A stretch of DNA of 44,073 nucleotides from an uncultured Candidatus Saccharibacteria bacterium (GCA_965230995.1 OZ246398.1:1-44073); one strand, 5' to 3'; positions 30,811 through 38,944 are shown, counted from the first letter of the stretch. The notes: generated from the sequence alone by a model not told the origin. Translations and numbers: made by a program.

Positions 30811-30858
30811 TAAAAAGCGAGGCGGGGCCACGAGCACGAATGCTCGCAAACCCCGCCT
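30811..30858 (-). terminator. GC-rich nested hairpin terminator of the GC-rich ORFan
   Basis: AGGCGGGG/CCCCGCCT outer stem, CGAGCA/TGCTCG inner stem, followed by a T-run on the minus strand. Confidence 0.7.
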
Positions 30859-30876
30859 AATCTCAGACCTCTTCCT

Positions 30877-31473
30877 TTACTTGACTTTGAGCTTCACACC
30901 ATGGAACACCCAGAGGCAGAGAACAGCGACAAGACCCGCCTGATCGAATCTGAACGACTCGAAAACCGAAACACCCCAGGCGTAGATACTCCTCCGCTGA
31001 GACAGGAAGTTGTCCGCCTTGGCGATGTCTCTCAAGCAACGACTGCCGTCCTCGGTACGAAGGAATTCCTTGTACCGATACAAGACTTCAAGGTAGTGCT
31101 TCATCCAGATCTTCCGCTTCTTGATACGACCGTACTCGAAGAGGCGAAAAGCCTCTGAACGAGACAGACCGTTCTCCGTGTAGGTGGCGAGCTCAGACTG
31201 GCGGAACTGACCGAACGTCATCCGTCTGTAGTCCCCGGTGTGGTCCCTGCGACCATCGCGGGTAGCAAAGACGCGAATCTGACACGATTTGGTATTGCCC
31301 TTGCGAGTGAGGTGATGATGGTTCAGGGTCACAACAGTGAACCCGGAGCGAACGCTCACATCAACAGTATGCCAATCCTTGGCATTTCCTCGTCTGTTGA
31401 TGGTACCAATCGGTCTTCTTGCCCAATCGGGGCAATTCCTGGGAAGACGTACAGCACCAGATGGCATGTGCAT
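30877..31473 (-). CDS. GC-rich hypothetical protein (ORFan)
   Basis: 198-aa ORF with high GC at third codon positions; 33/60 GC on line 30901 versus 18/60 on line 31921. Confidence 0.65.
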   Translation of the reverse strand: MHMPSGAVRLPRNCPDWARRPIGTINRRGNAKDWHTVDVSVRSGFTVVTLNHHHLTRKGNTKSCQIRVFATRDGRRDHTGDYRRMTFGQFRQSELATYTENGLSRSEAFRLFEYGRIKKRKIWMKHYLEVLYRYKEFLRTEDGSRCLRDIAKADNFLSQRRSIYAWGVSVFESFRFDQAGLVAVLCLWVFHGVKLKVK

Positions 31474-31562
31474 CTCTTACCACGCGTTTTGGAAGTTACT
31501 TGATAGAACATTCAGAAACCCAATAAAAGACTACTAATATTTACCAAATAATCAATAGCGGG

Positions 31563-32189
31563 CTATTTTTGTATAAAATTAATTGCTTTATCTTTAATAA
31601 AAATTGCTTGATTATCACAGAGATAAAATAACGCTGTTTTATATTTTGCAACATCATCAATTACTTTTTTGTTACCCTCAGAAAAATCAGCATTGTCCGC
31701 GTGTGGCATAATTAAAAAATCCAGCAAACCTAGACCAGAAAAATCATTAATATTTTTAATTATCTCAATTTCCTCAGGATCATTTTTATCTACCGACAAG
31801 TCACCAGAGACAATCATAGAACCAGCACTTGTGCCTGTATAAATTATTTCGTCTTTTTTTATTGCATCAACCAGCGAATCTTTTAGTCCTTTCTTTTTGA
31901 TTAGATCAATTAAATAGAAAACACTACCACCACAAAAATGTATAATGTCTGATTGCTTTAAAAGTTTTTCAAAATCTCCAGCTGATAGCAATCGCAAATC
32001 TGCTGTAATAACCTCTGCACCAAGTCTTTCATATGCTTCTCTATCAACTCTTATCCACCATTTATCTTCAACATCATCTACATCTGAAGCATTTTCTATA
32101 AAAATAACTTTTTTACCAATCACATCTCCAACACAATCTACCAGCTTCTCTGCTGTTTGATTAAAAGCAGAAGCAAGAAATAATTTCAT
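31563..32189 (-). CDS. Peptidase E (S51) / class I glutamine amidotransferase-like protein
   Basis: DIIHFCGGSVFYL, YTGTSAGS nucleophile elbow, GLGL...MPH. Confidence 0.88.
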   Translation of the reverse strand: MKLFLASAFNQTAEKLVDCVGDVIGKKVIFIENASDVDDVEDKWWIRVDREAYERLGAEVITADLRLLSAGDFEKLLKQSDIIHFCGGSVFYLIDLIKKKGLKDSLVDAIKKDEIIYTGTSAGSMIVSGDLSVDKNDPEEIEIIKNINDFSGLGLLDFLIMPHADNADFSEGNKKVIDDVAKYKTALFYLCDNQAIFIKDKAINFIQK

Positions 32190-32213
32190 ATCTATATAAT
32201 GACCTAAATATAT

Positions 32214-32418
32214 AAAAAAACAACCACCTAGCAGAGCTAAGGTGGCATACGGCGGACAAAGAGCGAGGGGAAAGGAACAAGAGTGAAGGGTTTAAAGTCT
32301 GGTGATTGCATATGCAATCTTGCGAGTATCACAACCAGACTGGGAGGGACTTTCGTCCTTTAACCCATTAAACCGTCTACACTCGGCATTTGGCTCTTCA
32401 ATTGAATGAATCGCCTCT
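32214..32418 (-). ncRNA. Structured non-coding RNA, candidate 6S RNA
   Basis: Own promoter, no credible ORF, long-range pairing with an asymmetric bubble and branched apex, ends in a hairpin plus U-run. Confidence 0.55.
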
Positions 32419-32424
32419 GTGTAT

Positions 32425-32452
32425 ATAATACCAGATGTAAAATATTTGTCAA
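32425..32452 (-). promoter_or_regulatory. Sigma70 promoter of the ncRNA
   Basis: TTGACA (32452-32447), 16-nt spacer, TGG-TATTAT (32430-32425). Confidence 0.75.
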
Positions 32453-32466
32453 ACGTTTTTTGCAAA

Positions 32467-32505
32467 GAAAAAGGGCGGGAAAGCGAAGCTTTCCCGCCCT
32501 TTTTC
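32467..32505. terminator. Terminator after the cupin gene
   Basis: GAAAAAGGGCGGGAAAGC-gaa-GCTTTCCCGCCCTTTTTC. Confidence 0.9.
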
Positions 32506-32520
32506 ATATTCAATTTTATT

Positions 32521-32919
32521 CTACAAATCACTAGTTACCCCATCAAAAGTTTCGTCGTCTTTTTCTGCTTCTGCTTTTGTCTGGTGCATTACACCGTCTC
32601 TGTGATTAGGAGGAGCATAAACAGTATACAATTTCAGATGGACATTTTCTGATGTGTTCATAATATTATGTTTCGCTCCGGCAGGAACAACCACTGCAAA
32701 GCCATCTGAAAGCTGATGCTCTACCCCGTTGATAATAGATTTTCCACTACCAGCCTCGCATCTTATGAACTGATCGAGCTCGTGTGTTTCTTCACCGATT
32801 TCTTCACCAGGTTTTAAACACATAATGACAAGCTGACAATTCTTTGCTGTGTACAAAACACGACGAAAATATTCGTTTGTTAATGTTTCTCTCTCTAGAT
32901 TTAAACTGTATCCTTTCAT
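32521..32919 (-). CDS. Cupin domain protein
   Basis: GEEIGEETHELDQFIRCEAG...VVVPAGAKHNI...LKLYTVYAPPNH. Confidence 0.92.
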   Translation of the reverse strand: MKGYSLNLERETLTNEYFRRVLYTAKNCQLVIMCLKPGEEIGEETHELDQFIRCEAGSGKSIINGVEHQLSDGFAVVVPAGAKHNIMNTSENVHLKLYTVYAPPNHRDGVMHQTKAEAEKDDETFDGVTSDL

Positions 32920-32953
32920 ATTTTTATTTTAAAGATAATTAATTATAACATTT

Positions 32954-33841
32954 TTATTCTTCAAAATGTGAAAATAGGGACAAAACACCTGCTATGTTTT
33001 TTTGAAAATCTGTATCAGTATGATTTTTTAATTCAACTGAAAATGCAGGCACGCCAATTTTTGCAAGCCAATCATCCGCCGCTCCGGTAATAGCATAAGC
33101 ATCAAAAGATTTTGCTACAGGATAACCGGATGCTTTTGAATATTTTGTCACAATATCTGTAGTCTCTTTCAAAATACCTTTTTCACATTGTGATGTGTAA
33201 ACAGCATTTGATTGACTATGCCAAAATACTACAGCCACTGGCTTTGATTCGATTATGTAATCTTTGAACACTTCTGATTCTGGTTCAGAAAAAGGTTCTT
33301 CCCCACTACTGACTTTTTTTGATCTCCAGACACTTTCTGGTTCCCACTTACAATCAAAGTTTCTGTTTAGATCTACCTCGTTTGAATTAAACCTACCCGA
33401 AGCCAAGACAGCGTCATTTTCAGAAACATCTGATATCTCAAATCTTCCTTCTTTTTTTGTAACCCTAAACAAGCCATCTGGGTTCATAGCAGGTATCACA
33501 TCTACCCTGACGTCTGAAGGAATCTTTGAGAGGTTTTCTGACAAATAATCGATCATTTCATAAGCAAGAGAAACGGTATTCCATTCGTATCCACCATGTA
33601 TTCCACCAACCAAAGTTATTACCTTTTTACCACTACCAAAAGAATATTTTTCAATAGCCAAACCTTCTTTCGAATTTCCAATCACGCTTTTTTCAAAAGG
33701 AGAGCTTGGAACAATGACTTCGTTTTGATTATTTGTTTCCCCCTTTTCTTTTCCTGTTTGCAGGACCACTATTCCAATAATAATTAGAATTATTACAACA
33801 ACTAAAACAACTAGTTTCCTTTTAACAAAGAACCCCAGCAT
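32954..33841 (-). CDS. M14 zinc carboxypeptidase (MpaA-like), active-site residues intact
   Basis: HGGYE, DLNRNF, FSEPES, FWHS, SVEL; N-terminal TM. Confidence 0.88.
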   Translation of the reverse strand: MLGFFVKRKLVVLVVVIILIIIGIVVLQTGKEKGETNNQNEVIVPSSPFEKSVIGNSKEGLAIEKYSFGSGKKVITLVGGIHGGYEWNTVSLAYEMIDYLSENLSKIPSDVRVDVIPAMNPDGLFRVTKKEGRFEISDVSENDAVLASGRFNSNEVDLNRNFDCKWEPESVWRSKKVSSGEEPFSEPESEVFKDYIIESKPVAVVFWHSQSNAVYTSQCEKGILKETTDIVTKYSKASGYPVAKSFDAYAITGAADDWLAKIGVPAFSVELKNHTDTDFQKNIAGVLSLFSHFEE

Positions 33842-34755
33842 TATTTTGCGTAGTATTTTAGAACAGCTTCAACTCCGGCTTTGTTTTTTGAGAACTCAGT
33901 GCTTGTGTGGTTTGTAAGGAGGATGCTTATTGCAGGAACTTCTATTTTTGCTAGCCAGTTTGTCATATCACCTGTTGTCTCGTAGAAATCAAAATCTTGA
34001 TAAGCTTTATATCCTGACGCTTGAGCATATTTTTTAACTAGATCATTTGTTTCTGTTGATACACCTTTGTGGCAATTCGAAGCAAATACACCACCAGCAG
34101 CACTGTACCAAGCAATCACTGCAACCGGCTTATTTTTCTCTACATAATTTTTTATCGCCAAAGTCTCTGGTTCTGAAAAAGCTTCTGTTCCACCACTAAC
34201 TGTTTTCGCTTGCCATTTTGCATTTTCTTGCCAATCACAATCAAAGTTTCTGTTTAGATCAACATTGTTTCCATTGAACCTGCTCGCTTTTAGAACTTCT
34301 GAATCAGAAGTCACGTCTTTTGCTGTAAATTCTCCGGCTGTACCGACAGCCTTCTTTAATCCATCTGGGTTAAGAACTGGTATGACTGAGACTTTTACGT
34401 TTGCAGGAATAGTCGTTGTACTTTTCTTGAAATATTCCATCATTTCAAAAGCAACGAGTGAAGCGTTCCAGCTGTATCCACCGTGTGCACCACCAACCAA
34501 AACAATTTCCTTCTCACCTTCTCCAAAATGATATGCGATTATATCTTCACCACCGACTGATTTACCAATTACTGTTTTTGTTTTATCAACCGGAGCCGTT
34601 TCTACAGGCTTTTGTTCTTCGCCTGTATTTTTAACTGTTTCTTCTTGATTATTTTTCTGTGTGTTGTTTACGGTGTCAGAAGAATCTTTTGTAAACAAAT
34701 AAATACCCAAACCAATTATAATAATTACTACCGCCCAAATGATGACTTTTTTCAT
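33841..34755 (-). CDS. M14 carboxypeptidase paralog, probably inactive
   Basis: HGGYS, DLNRNF, FSEPET, WYSA, SILL; N-terminal TM. Confidence 0.85.
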   Translation of the reverse strand: MKKVIIWAVVIIIIGLGIYLFTKDSSDTVNNTQKNNQEETVKNTGEEQKPVETAPVDKTKTVIGKSVGGEDIIAYHFGEGEKEIVLVGGAHGGYSWNASLVAFEMMEYFKKSTTTIPANVKVSVIPVLNPDGLKKAVGTAGEFTAKDVTSDSEVLKASRFNGNNVDLNRNFDCDWQENAKWQAKTVSGGTEAFSEPETLAIKNYVEKNKPVAVIAWYSAAGGVFASNCHKGVSTETNDLVKKYAQASGYKAYQDFDFYETTGDMTNWLAKIEVPAISILLTNHTSTEFSKNKAGVEAVLKYYAK

Positions 34756-34844
34756 ATATACACATTATATCACGCGAGCAAGGTACGCGACCCTTTAAAA
34801 AATCATTTTTTATGTCCTAAAAAGTGATATTTTTAGGCAAATCT

Positions 34845-35135
34845 CTAGATTATAAACACCAAGACAACAAACAAAGCCACAAAACAAGCAAATATTCCTA
34901 GGGTTTTTCCAAAGAAAGCTATCGATTCTTTTTTCTTGCCATCCACGAGCAAACATAGAGGTTCATAGAGGAACAAAAATCCCATTACAGCGACAGACAG
35001 AACAAATAAACTGAGCATTGCCATAGGCATTAATAGATTTTCCTCTGGCAATAAGTTACTCGTATAATTCATTCCCAATACGATTGTGACAATATAAACA
35101 ATCGCAACCAATGCATATAAAAATGGTTTTTTCAT
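34845..35135 (-). CDS. Small 3-TM membrane protein
   Basis: 96-aa hydrophobic ORF (MLSLFVLSVAVMGFLF.YEP...GKKKE). Confidence 0.75.
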   Translation of the reverse strand: MKKPFLYALVAIVYIVTIVLGMNYTSNLLPEENLLMPMAMLSLFVLSVAVMGFLFLYEPLCLLVDGKKKESIAFFGKTLGIFACFVALFVVLVFII

Positions 35136-35138
35136 ATA

Positions 35139-35474
35139 TTAATTTTTAATCTTACCTAATGACGAATAAACAAAAGCCAGAAAAAACCTAACGACCAAAA
35201 CAAGGACTATGAAAATCAAAGAAATACTAACCCATATTGGAAAATCTGGCACGTCGCTATTACAGCTCATTTCAGCCCAACATTTATATCCAAATATTTT
35301 ATAGACAAATGAGTAAAATGGTAACAATACAAAAAGAACAGTAAAAAATATTATTTTCTCGATTCTAAAAAAATAATACAACTGATCTGGTAAAAATCTC
35401 GCCTCGGTTGCAAAAGAGTAAAATAATAGAGAAACCAATACAATACTTATGATTATTAATATAATATTTTTCAT
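35139..35474 (-). CDS. Small membrane protein
   Basis: 111 aa, 3 TM; TGATATAAT 6 nt upstream of the ATG. Confidence 0.7.
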   Translation of the reverse strand: MKNIILIIISIVLVSLLFYSFATEARFLPDQLYYFFRIEKIIFFTVLFVLLPFYSFVYKIFGYKCWAEMSCNSDVPDFPIWVSISLIFIVLVLVVRFFLAFVYSSLGKIKN

Positions 35475-35494
35475 AAAAATATTATATCACTTTT

Positions 35495-35791
35495 TTAATA
35501 CCTAGACTCGTCATTGATTTTAAGTTTAGACAGGACTGGATTTTTTATTTGTTTTGCAACCACTTCAACAATTATATCCGGTATTTTATTTCGCAAAAAA
35601 TCTTCTATCGGTTTAATATCCGTATCAGTCGGTAAAGCAACTCGCACAACATTTTCTTTATCAGTAGCGTTTTCAACCAAGCAATCAATATCGTTTTCAA
35701 TACTAAACTTGCGAATTTTTCCACGTAGCATTACACCATGCAAAACTGTTCTGGAACTTCTAATCTCGTATATATCCCAAATTATTTTCAT
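35495..35791 (-). CDS. Hypothetical protein (possibly acylphosphatase-like fold)
   Basis: VLHGVMLRGKIRK...VEN..D spacing loosely resembles acylphosphatase VQGVGFR...V.N..DG. Confidence 0.55.
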   Translation of the reverse strand: MKIIWDIYEIRSSRTVLHGVMLRGKIRKFSIENDIDCLVENATDKENVVRVALPTDTDIKPIEDFLRNKIPDIIVEVVAKQIKNPVLSKLKINDESRY

Positions 35792-35795
35792 AATA

Positions 35796-36077
35796 CTAAA
35801 TTATACCTTTCTTTTCTTTAAACCACTTTTTTGCGTTTTCGTTACTATGCGGACATCCCGGCCAACAACACGGCCTACGTTTGCCTTTGAACAAATCGCT
35901 TTGCAATCTCTCTAAATGTTGTTTGCGTGTTTCTTCATTTTTTACAATTGTAATCCAGCAAATCCATTCATTACGAGCAAGCGGTGTTAGGCCATCCCAA
36001 ACAGACAAAAGTTTTTTGTCTGAAAGCAAAATCTTTTTTAAATCGTCTGGAATTTTGTGTTTTGTGCCGTGCTTCAT
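35796..36077 (-). CDS. YdeI/OmpD-associated family protein
   Basis: IPDDL...W..LTPLARNEWICWI..K.EETR...L.KGKRRPCCWPGC.H. Confidence 0.88.
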   Translation of the reverse strand: MKHGTKHKIPDDLKKILLSDKKLLSVWDGLTPLARNEWICWITIVKNEETRKQHLERLQSDLFKGKRRPCCWPGCPHSNENAKKWFKEKKGII

Positions 36078-36145
36078 TTTTATTAATTTATATGTTATAA
36101 TAAACTATAAAGTGTTCTAAACCAAAACCGAACGGGAGAGGTGCA

Positions 36146-36424
36146 ATGAACATCATGTTCTATGGGTTGGGGATTAACGCAAACGAAGAGAGGGTCCTGA
36201 GATATGCCGAGGCATTATGCCTGAAACTCAAGGATTGTGACTTAGTTTGCACCCTTGTCCCCAGCGAATGTTTCAATGAGAAGGGCGTGCAGTGCCCATA
36301 TGCTTCGATCACCCACACCGTGGACGAAGAAGAACTTGTCCTCAAGGCCGTGGCCGTTCTGCGAGAGCATGGCCTCGACGTGGAAGTCCCCCGCCCGTTG
36401 GCACGGTTCTTTTCCAAGTCATGA
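36146..36424 (+). CDS. GC-rich small hypothetical protein
   Basis: 92 aa; SD-like GGAGAGG before the ATG, TGTTATAAT near 36092, downstream hairpin; 34/60 GC on line 36301. Confidence 0.65.
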   Translation: MNIMFYGLGINANEERVLRYAEALCLKLKDCDLVCTLVPSECFNEKGVQCPYASITHTVDEEELVLKAVAVLREHGLDVEVPRPLARFFSKS

Positions 36425-36444
36425 CCGATCACGAAGACCACCCC

Positions 36445-36472
36445 GAGCCCCGCCGTTCACTCGGCGGGGCTC
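36445..36472 (+). terminator. GC-rich hairpin after the GC-rich ORFan
   Basis: GAGCCCCGCCG-ttcact-CGGCGGGGCTC. Confidence 0.7.
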
Positions 36473-36506
36473 ATCTTCATTTAAAATATTTCTCAACTAT
36501 TTGTTG

Positions 36507-36812
36507 CTATTTATCCTTTGGTTTGCCCCACTGCCATTTTGGTTTTTCTCCTTTTTTGTAAGCAATGAAAATAAAAAGAGCGGTCAACACAATTAATGGC
36601 AATCCTAATACCAAAAAATTACTTCCTGAATCTGAATTTCCAGGAATTGCTTCTTCTCTAGTAAATATGAGCGACAAAACGAGTACCATATATAGTAAAG
36701 TTGAAAGCCATCCTTGCCAAGTAGCTGGTGTCCATCCCCAACCCAAAACCTTTCGCTTGAACCAATATCGTTCTGGGTTGTCTTTTATATAATCAAGATA
36801 TTTTTTTAACAT
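36507..36812 (-). CDS. Small 2-TM membrane protein
   Basis: YWFKRKVLGWGWTPATWQGW motif, two TM helices, PKWQWG tail. Confidence 0.8.
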   Translation of the reverse strand: MLKKYLDYIKDNPERYWFKRKVLGWGWTPATWQGWLSTLLYMVLVLSLIFTREEAIPGNSDSGSNFLVLGLPLIVLTALFIFIAYKKGEKPKWQWGKPKDK

Positions 36813-36988
36813 GGGTATATTTTAGCAGAATGTGAGGAGTGATACTACCAAATGTTACTTGAGGTTTAACCTAAAAATGGCCATCATCCTTTTCATAATA
36901 TGGAACACCCTTCCAACAGCTATGTGTGCTTGACGTGGTATATTTATATTATGACATAGATTTTAGTGTTTAATCGGACTTATCCCCA

Positions 36989-37324
36989 TTATCTTAAAAA
37001 ACCAGCTCTGTTGGTATGATTCACTATTGCTGATTTAGCTCCCAGTTTATTTTTGACACTATATCTAATCCCATTAATTTCTAGATCAGCTTTTGAGCCT
37101 GTTGGAGCTTTCGGAAAGATGCTTTTTAAAGAATGGTAGTCTCTTTTTTGAAGCATTATCTCATACTCTGTCTTCCATTCAGGTAATTTGCCATCAGGAG
37201 AAAATTTTAATGATTCAATCACTCCAATATTATGATCGCCAACCAAAGGCTTCTTTTTGTAAAACATCATCAGTAAAAAAGTCTTTAGAAATATTTCATT
37301 TTGTTCCCCCAGATTACGTGGCAT
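36989..37324 (-). pseudogene. Truncated HpaII-like restriction endonuclease fragment
   Basis: N.GE..E start and SKAD...YSVK..LGA.SAIVN resemble the HpaII catalytic region from memory; stop after 111 aa with no continuation in any frame. Confidence 0.5.
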
Positions 37325-37394
37325 ATATAATAAATACTAGCAAAAATGAAGAAATATTGCGACTTTATATTAATATACTAGGTGTTGTGATTAA

Positions 37395-38861
37395 TTAGTT
37401 ATTCGATCTTAATTTACTAGGAGAAGGGTGGATTAAACCGTCAACAATAATTAACTCTGGGGTGGCTATCTTTGCTTCAATATTTTTTTCATAAAGTTCT
37501 TTAACACGCTGTAGTTGTGCATTTAATTCATCAGGTTTCTTTTTACCTTCCTTTACAACCACTACCACGAAGAAACTGCAAAATGCTGCCTCACTTTTTT
37601 GGTAAGCCGCAATTTGTTTTTTATATCCATCTTCAAGATCTTTATTTGTTGATTTTTTTATCTCAACCAAGATTTTAGTATCGTAGCCCTTACCTAATGA
37701 AAAATCTACAGGGCCGAGACCTGCATTCGGCTCTCGTGAGAGAAGAATATCTGCTTTTTGACAAAAAATATCTGCAATCAAATAGAAAATGGTTTGAGGT
37801 ACATCTTCATTATGTGGTTTGTCTTTGATAAGTGCTCCTGTTTCTGTTTTTCGATACAACAACTTATTTCCACCATTATCCTCAATTGATCTCTTAAATT
37901 GAGTTATCAATTCTCTAACAGAGATAATTAATTCATCCTGAGTTTTAGGTTTGGTATTAGTACTGATGCCTGTAGATTCTTTCTCTACGAAAGGTTGGAT
38001 AGCATAATAACCCTTTGGATCAATATCCAGATCATATCCTTTGACATTGATTCTTCTATAAATTTTTAAAACTCGATTTACTCCGTCCTTAAGAGCTTTT
38101 CTTTCGTCTTTATCCTTATCTTTTATTTCATTTATCGCTTCCTTTAACACAGGATAAATAATTGCATTAAAATCATTTCTTAACGAGCGATTATGAAATC
38201 CTGCTGCTGCAATTTCATCCCAAGAGACAGCTACAGGAAGAGGGCTTAGTAATGAAAATGGAACAAAAATTATCGGAGTCTTTTTATATGGATGCTTGGG
38301 AAGATGATATTTTTTACCATCTATTGTGTATTCAATAGTGGGAGCCATGAGTTCCTTAGAAACTCTGTGGGTAAACGAACAAAAATCATGATAAATAATA
38401 CTTACAGTTAGATCGCTCATACTGTCGGGACCAAAGCCATCAATAAACAACCCGAGCATTTCAATCAACTCTTCATCATCAACGCCAACTGCAAGGATTT
38501 CGCTTGCAGAGAGTAGGATTTTATTGGCAAGAGTTTTTGAGATAGCAGTTCCTCTGTCTGTTGTATTTCCATAGCCGATAGATAAACCTTGTGGTTCTTT
38601 TACGGCAAGCATATCTCTTGCTTGTAATCTTAATCTTGGAGATTTGTGTGATTGTTTATGTATTTTTAATAACTTCGCAAAATAAAGAAGTATTACTTTT
38701 CTTGAACCACTAAATTCCTTTATTTTTGATTTAACTAACAATTTAGGATCAACAAAAAGTTTTGTATCAACACCAAGAGTAGAGTCAAATACACCGAACT
38801 TTTCCAGTTTCTTTCGATTAACTCCCAAATATTTACTCAATGATATTGTTTTTGCTTCCAT
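37395..38861 (-). CDS. Putative PD-(D/E)xK nuclease, candidate defence protein
   Basis: C-terminal REPNAGLGPVDF...VEIK...QIAAY; uncharacterised N-terminal domain (LFVDPKLL, GFGPDSMSD). Confidence 0.65.
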   Translation of the reverse strand: MEAKTISLSKYLGVNRKKLEKFGVFDSTLGVDTKLFVDPKLLVKSKIKEFSGSRKVILLYFAKLLKIHKQSHKSPRLRLQARDMLAVKEPQGLSIGYGNTTDRGTAISKTLANKILLSASEILAVGVDDEELIEMLGLFIDGFGPDSMSDLTVSIIYHDFCSFTHRVSKELMAPTIEYTIDGKKYHLPKHPYKKTPIIFVPFSLLSPLPVAVSWDEIAAAGFHNRSLRNDFNAIIYPVLKEAINEIKDKDKDERKALKDGVNRVLKIYRRINVKGYDLDIDPKGYYAIQPFVEKESTGISTNTKPKTQDELIISVRELITQFKRSIEDNGGNKLLYRKTETGALIKDKPHNEDVPQTIFYLIADIFCQKADILLSREPNAGLGPVDFSLGKGYDTKILVEIKKSTNKDLEDGYKKQIAAYQKSEAAFCSFFVVVVVKEGKKKPDELNAQLQRVKELYEKNIEAKIATPELIIVDGLIHPSPSKLRSNN

Positions 38862-38944
38862 ATATAGATAGACATATTCAGTCTACACTTTTGACAAGTT
38901 ATATAGCAAATTGAGCCACCTCGGACTCTGAACCTATCTCAAAC

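Noticed and set aside
32346-32362. GGACGAAAGTCC resembling the RNase P GAGGAAAGUCC or a hammerhead GAAA core
   Set aside because: Other RNase P conserved regions and the hammerhead CUGANGA are absent and the unit is too short; it reads as a simple GNRA hairpin.
32292-32531. 79-aa minus-strand ORF
   Set aside because: Runs through a terminator, a promoter and the structured RNA; no coding features.
34845-36812. Integron cassette array
   Set aside because: No repeated attC-like RYYYAAC...GTTRRRY palindromes between genes and no integrase.
36850-36930. Possible coding remnant (CWKGVPYYEKDDGHF*VKPQ) downstream of the truncated endonuclease
   Set aside because: Short, interrupted by a stop, with no start or recognisable motif; cannot be supported without a search.
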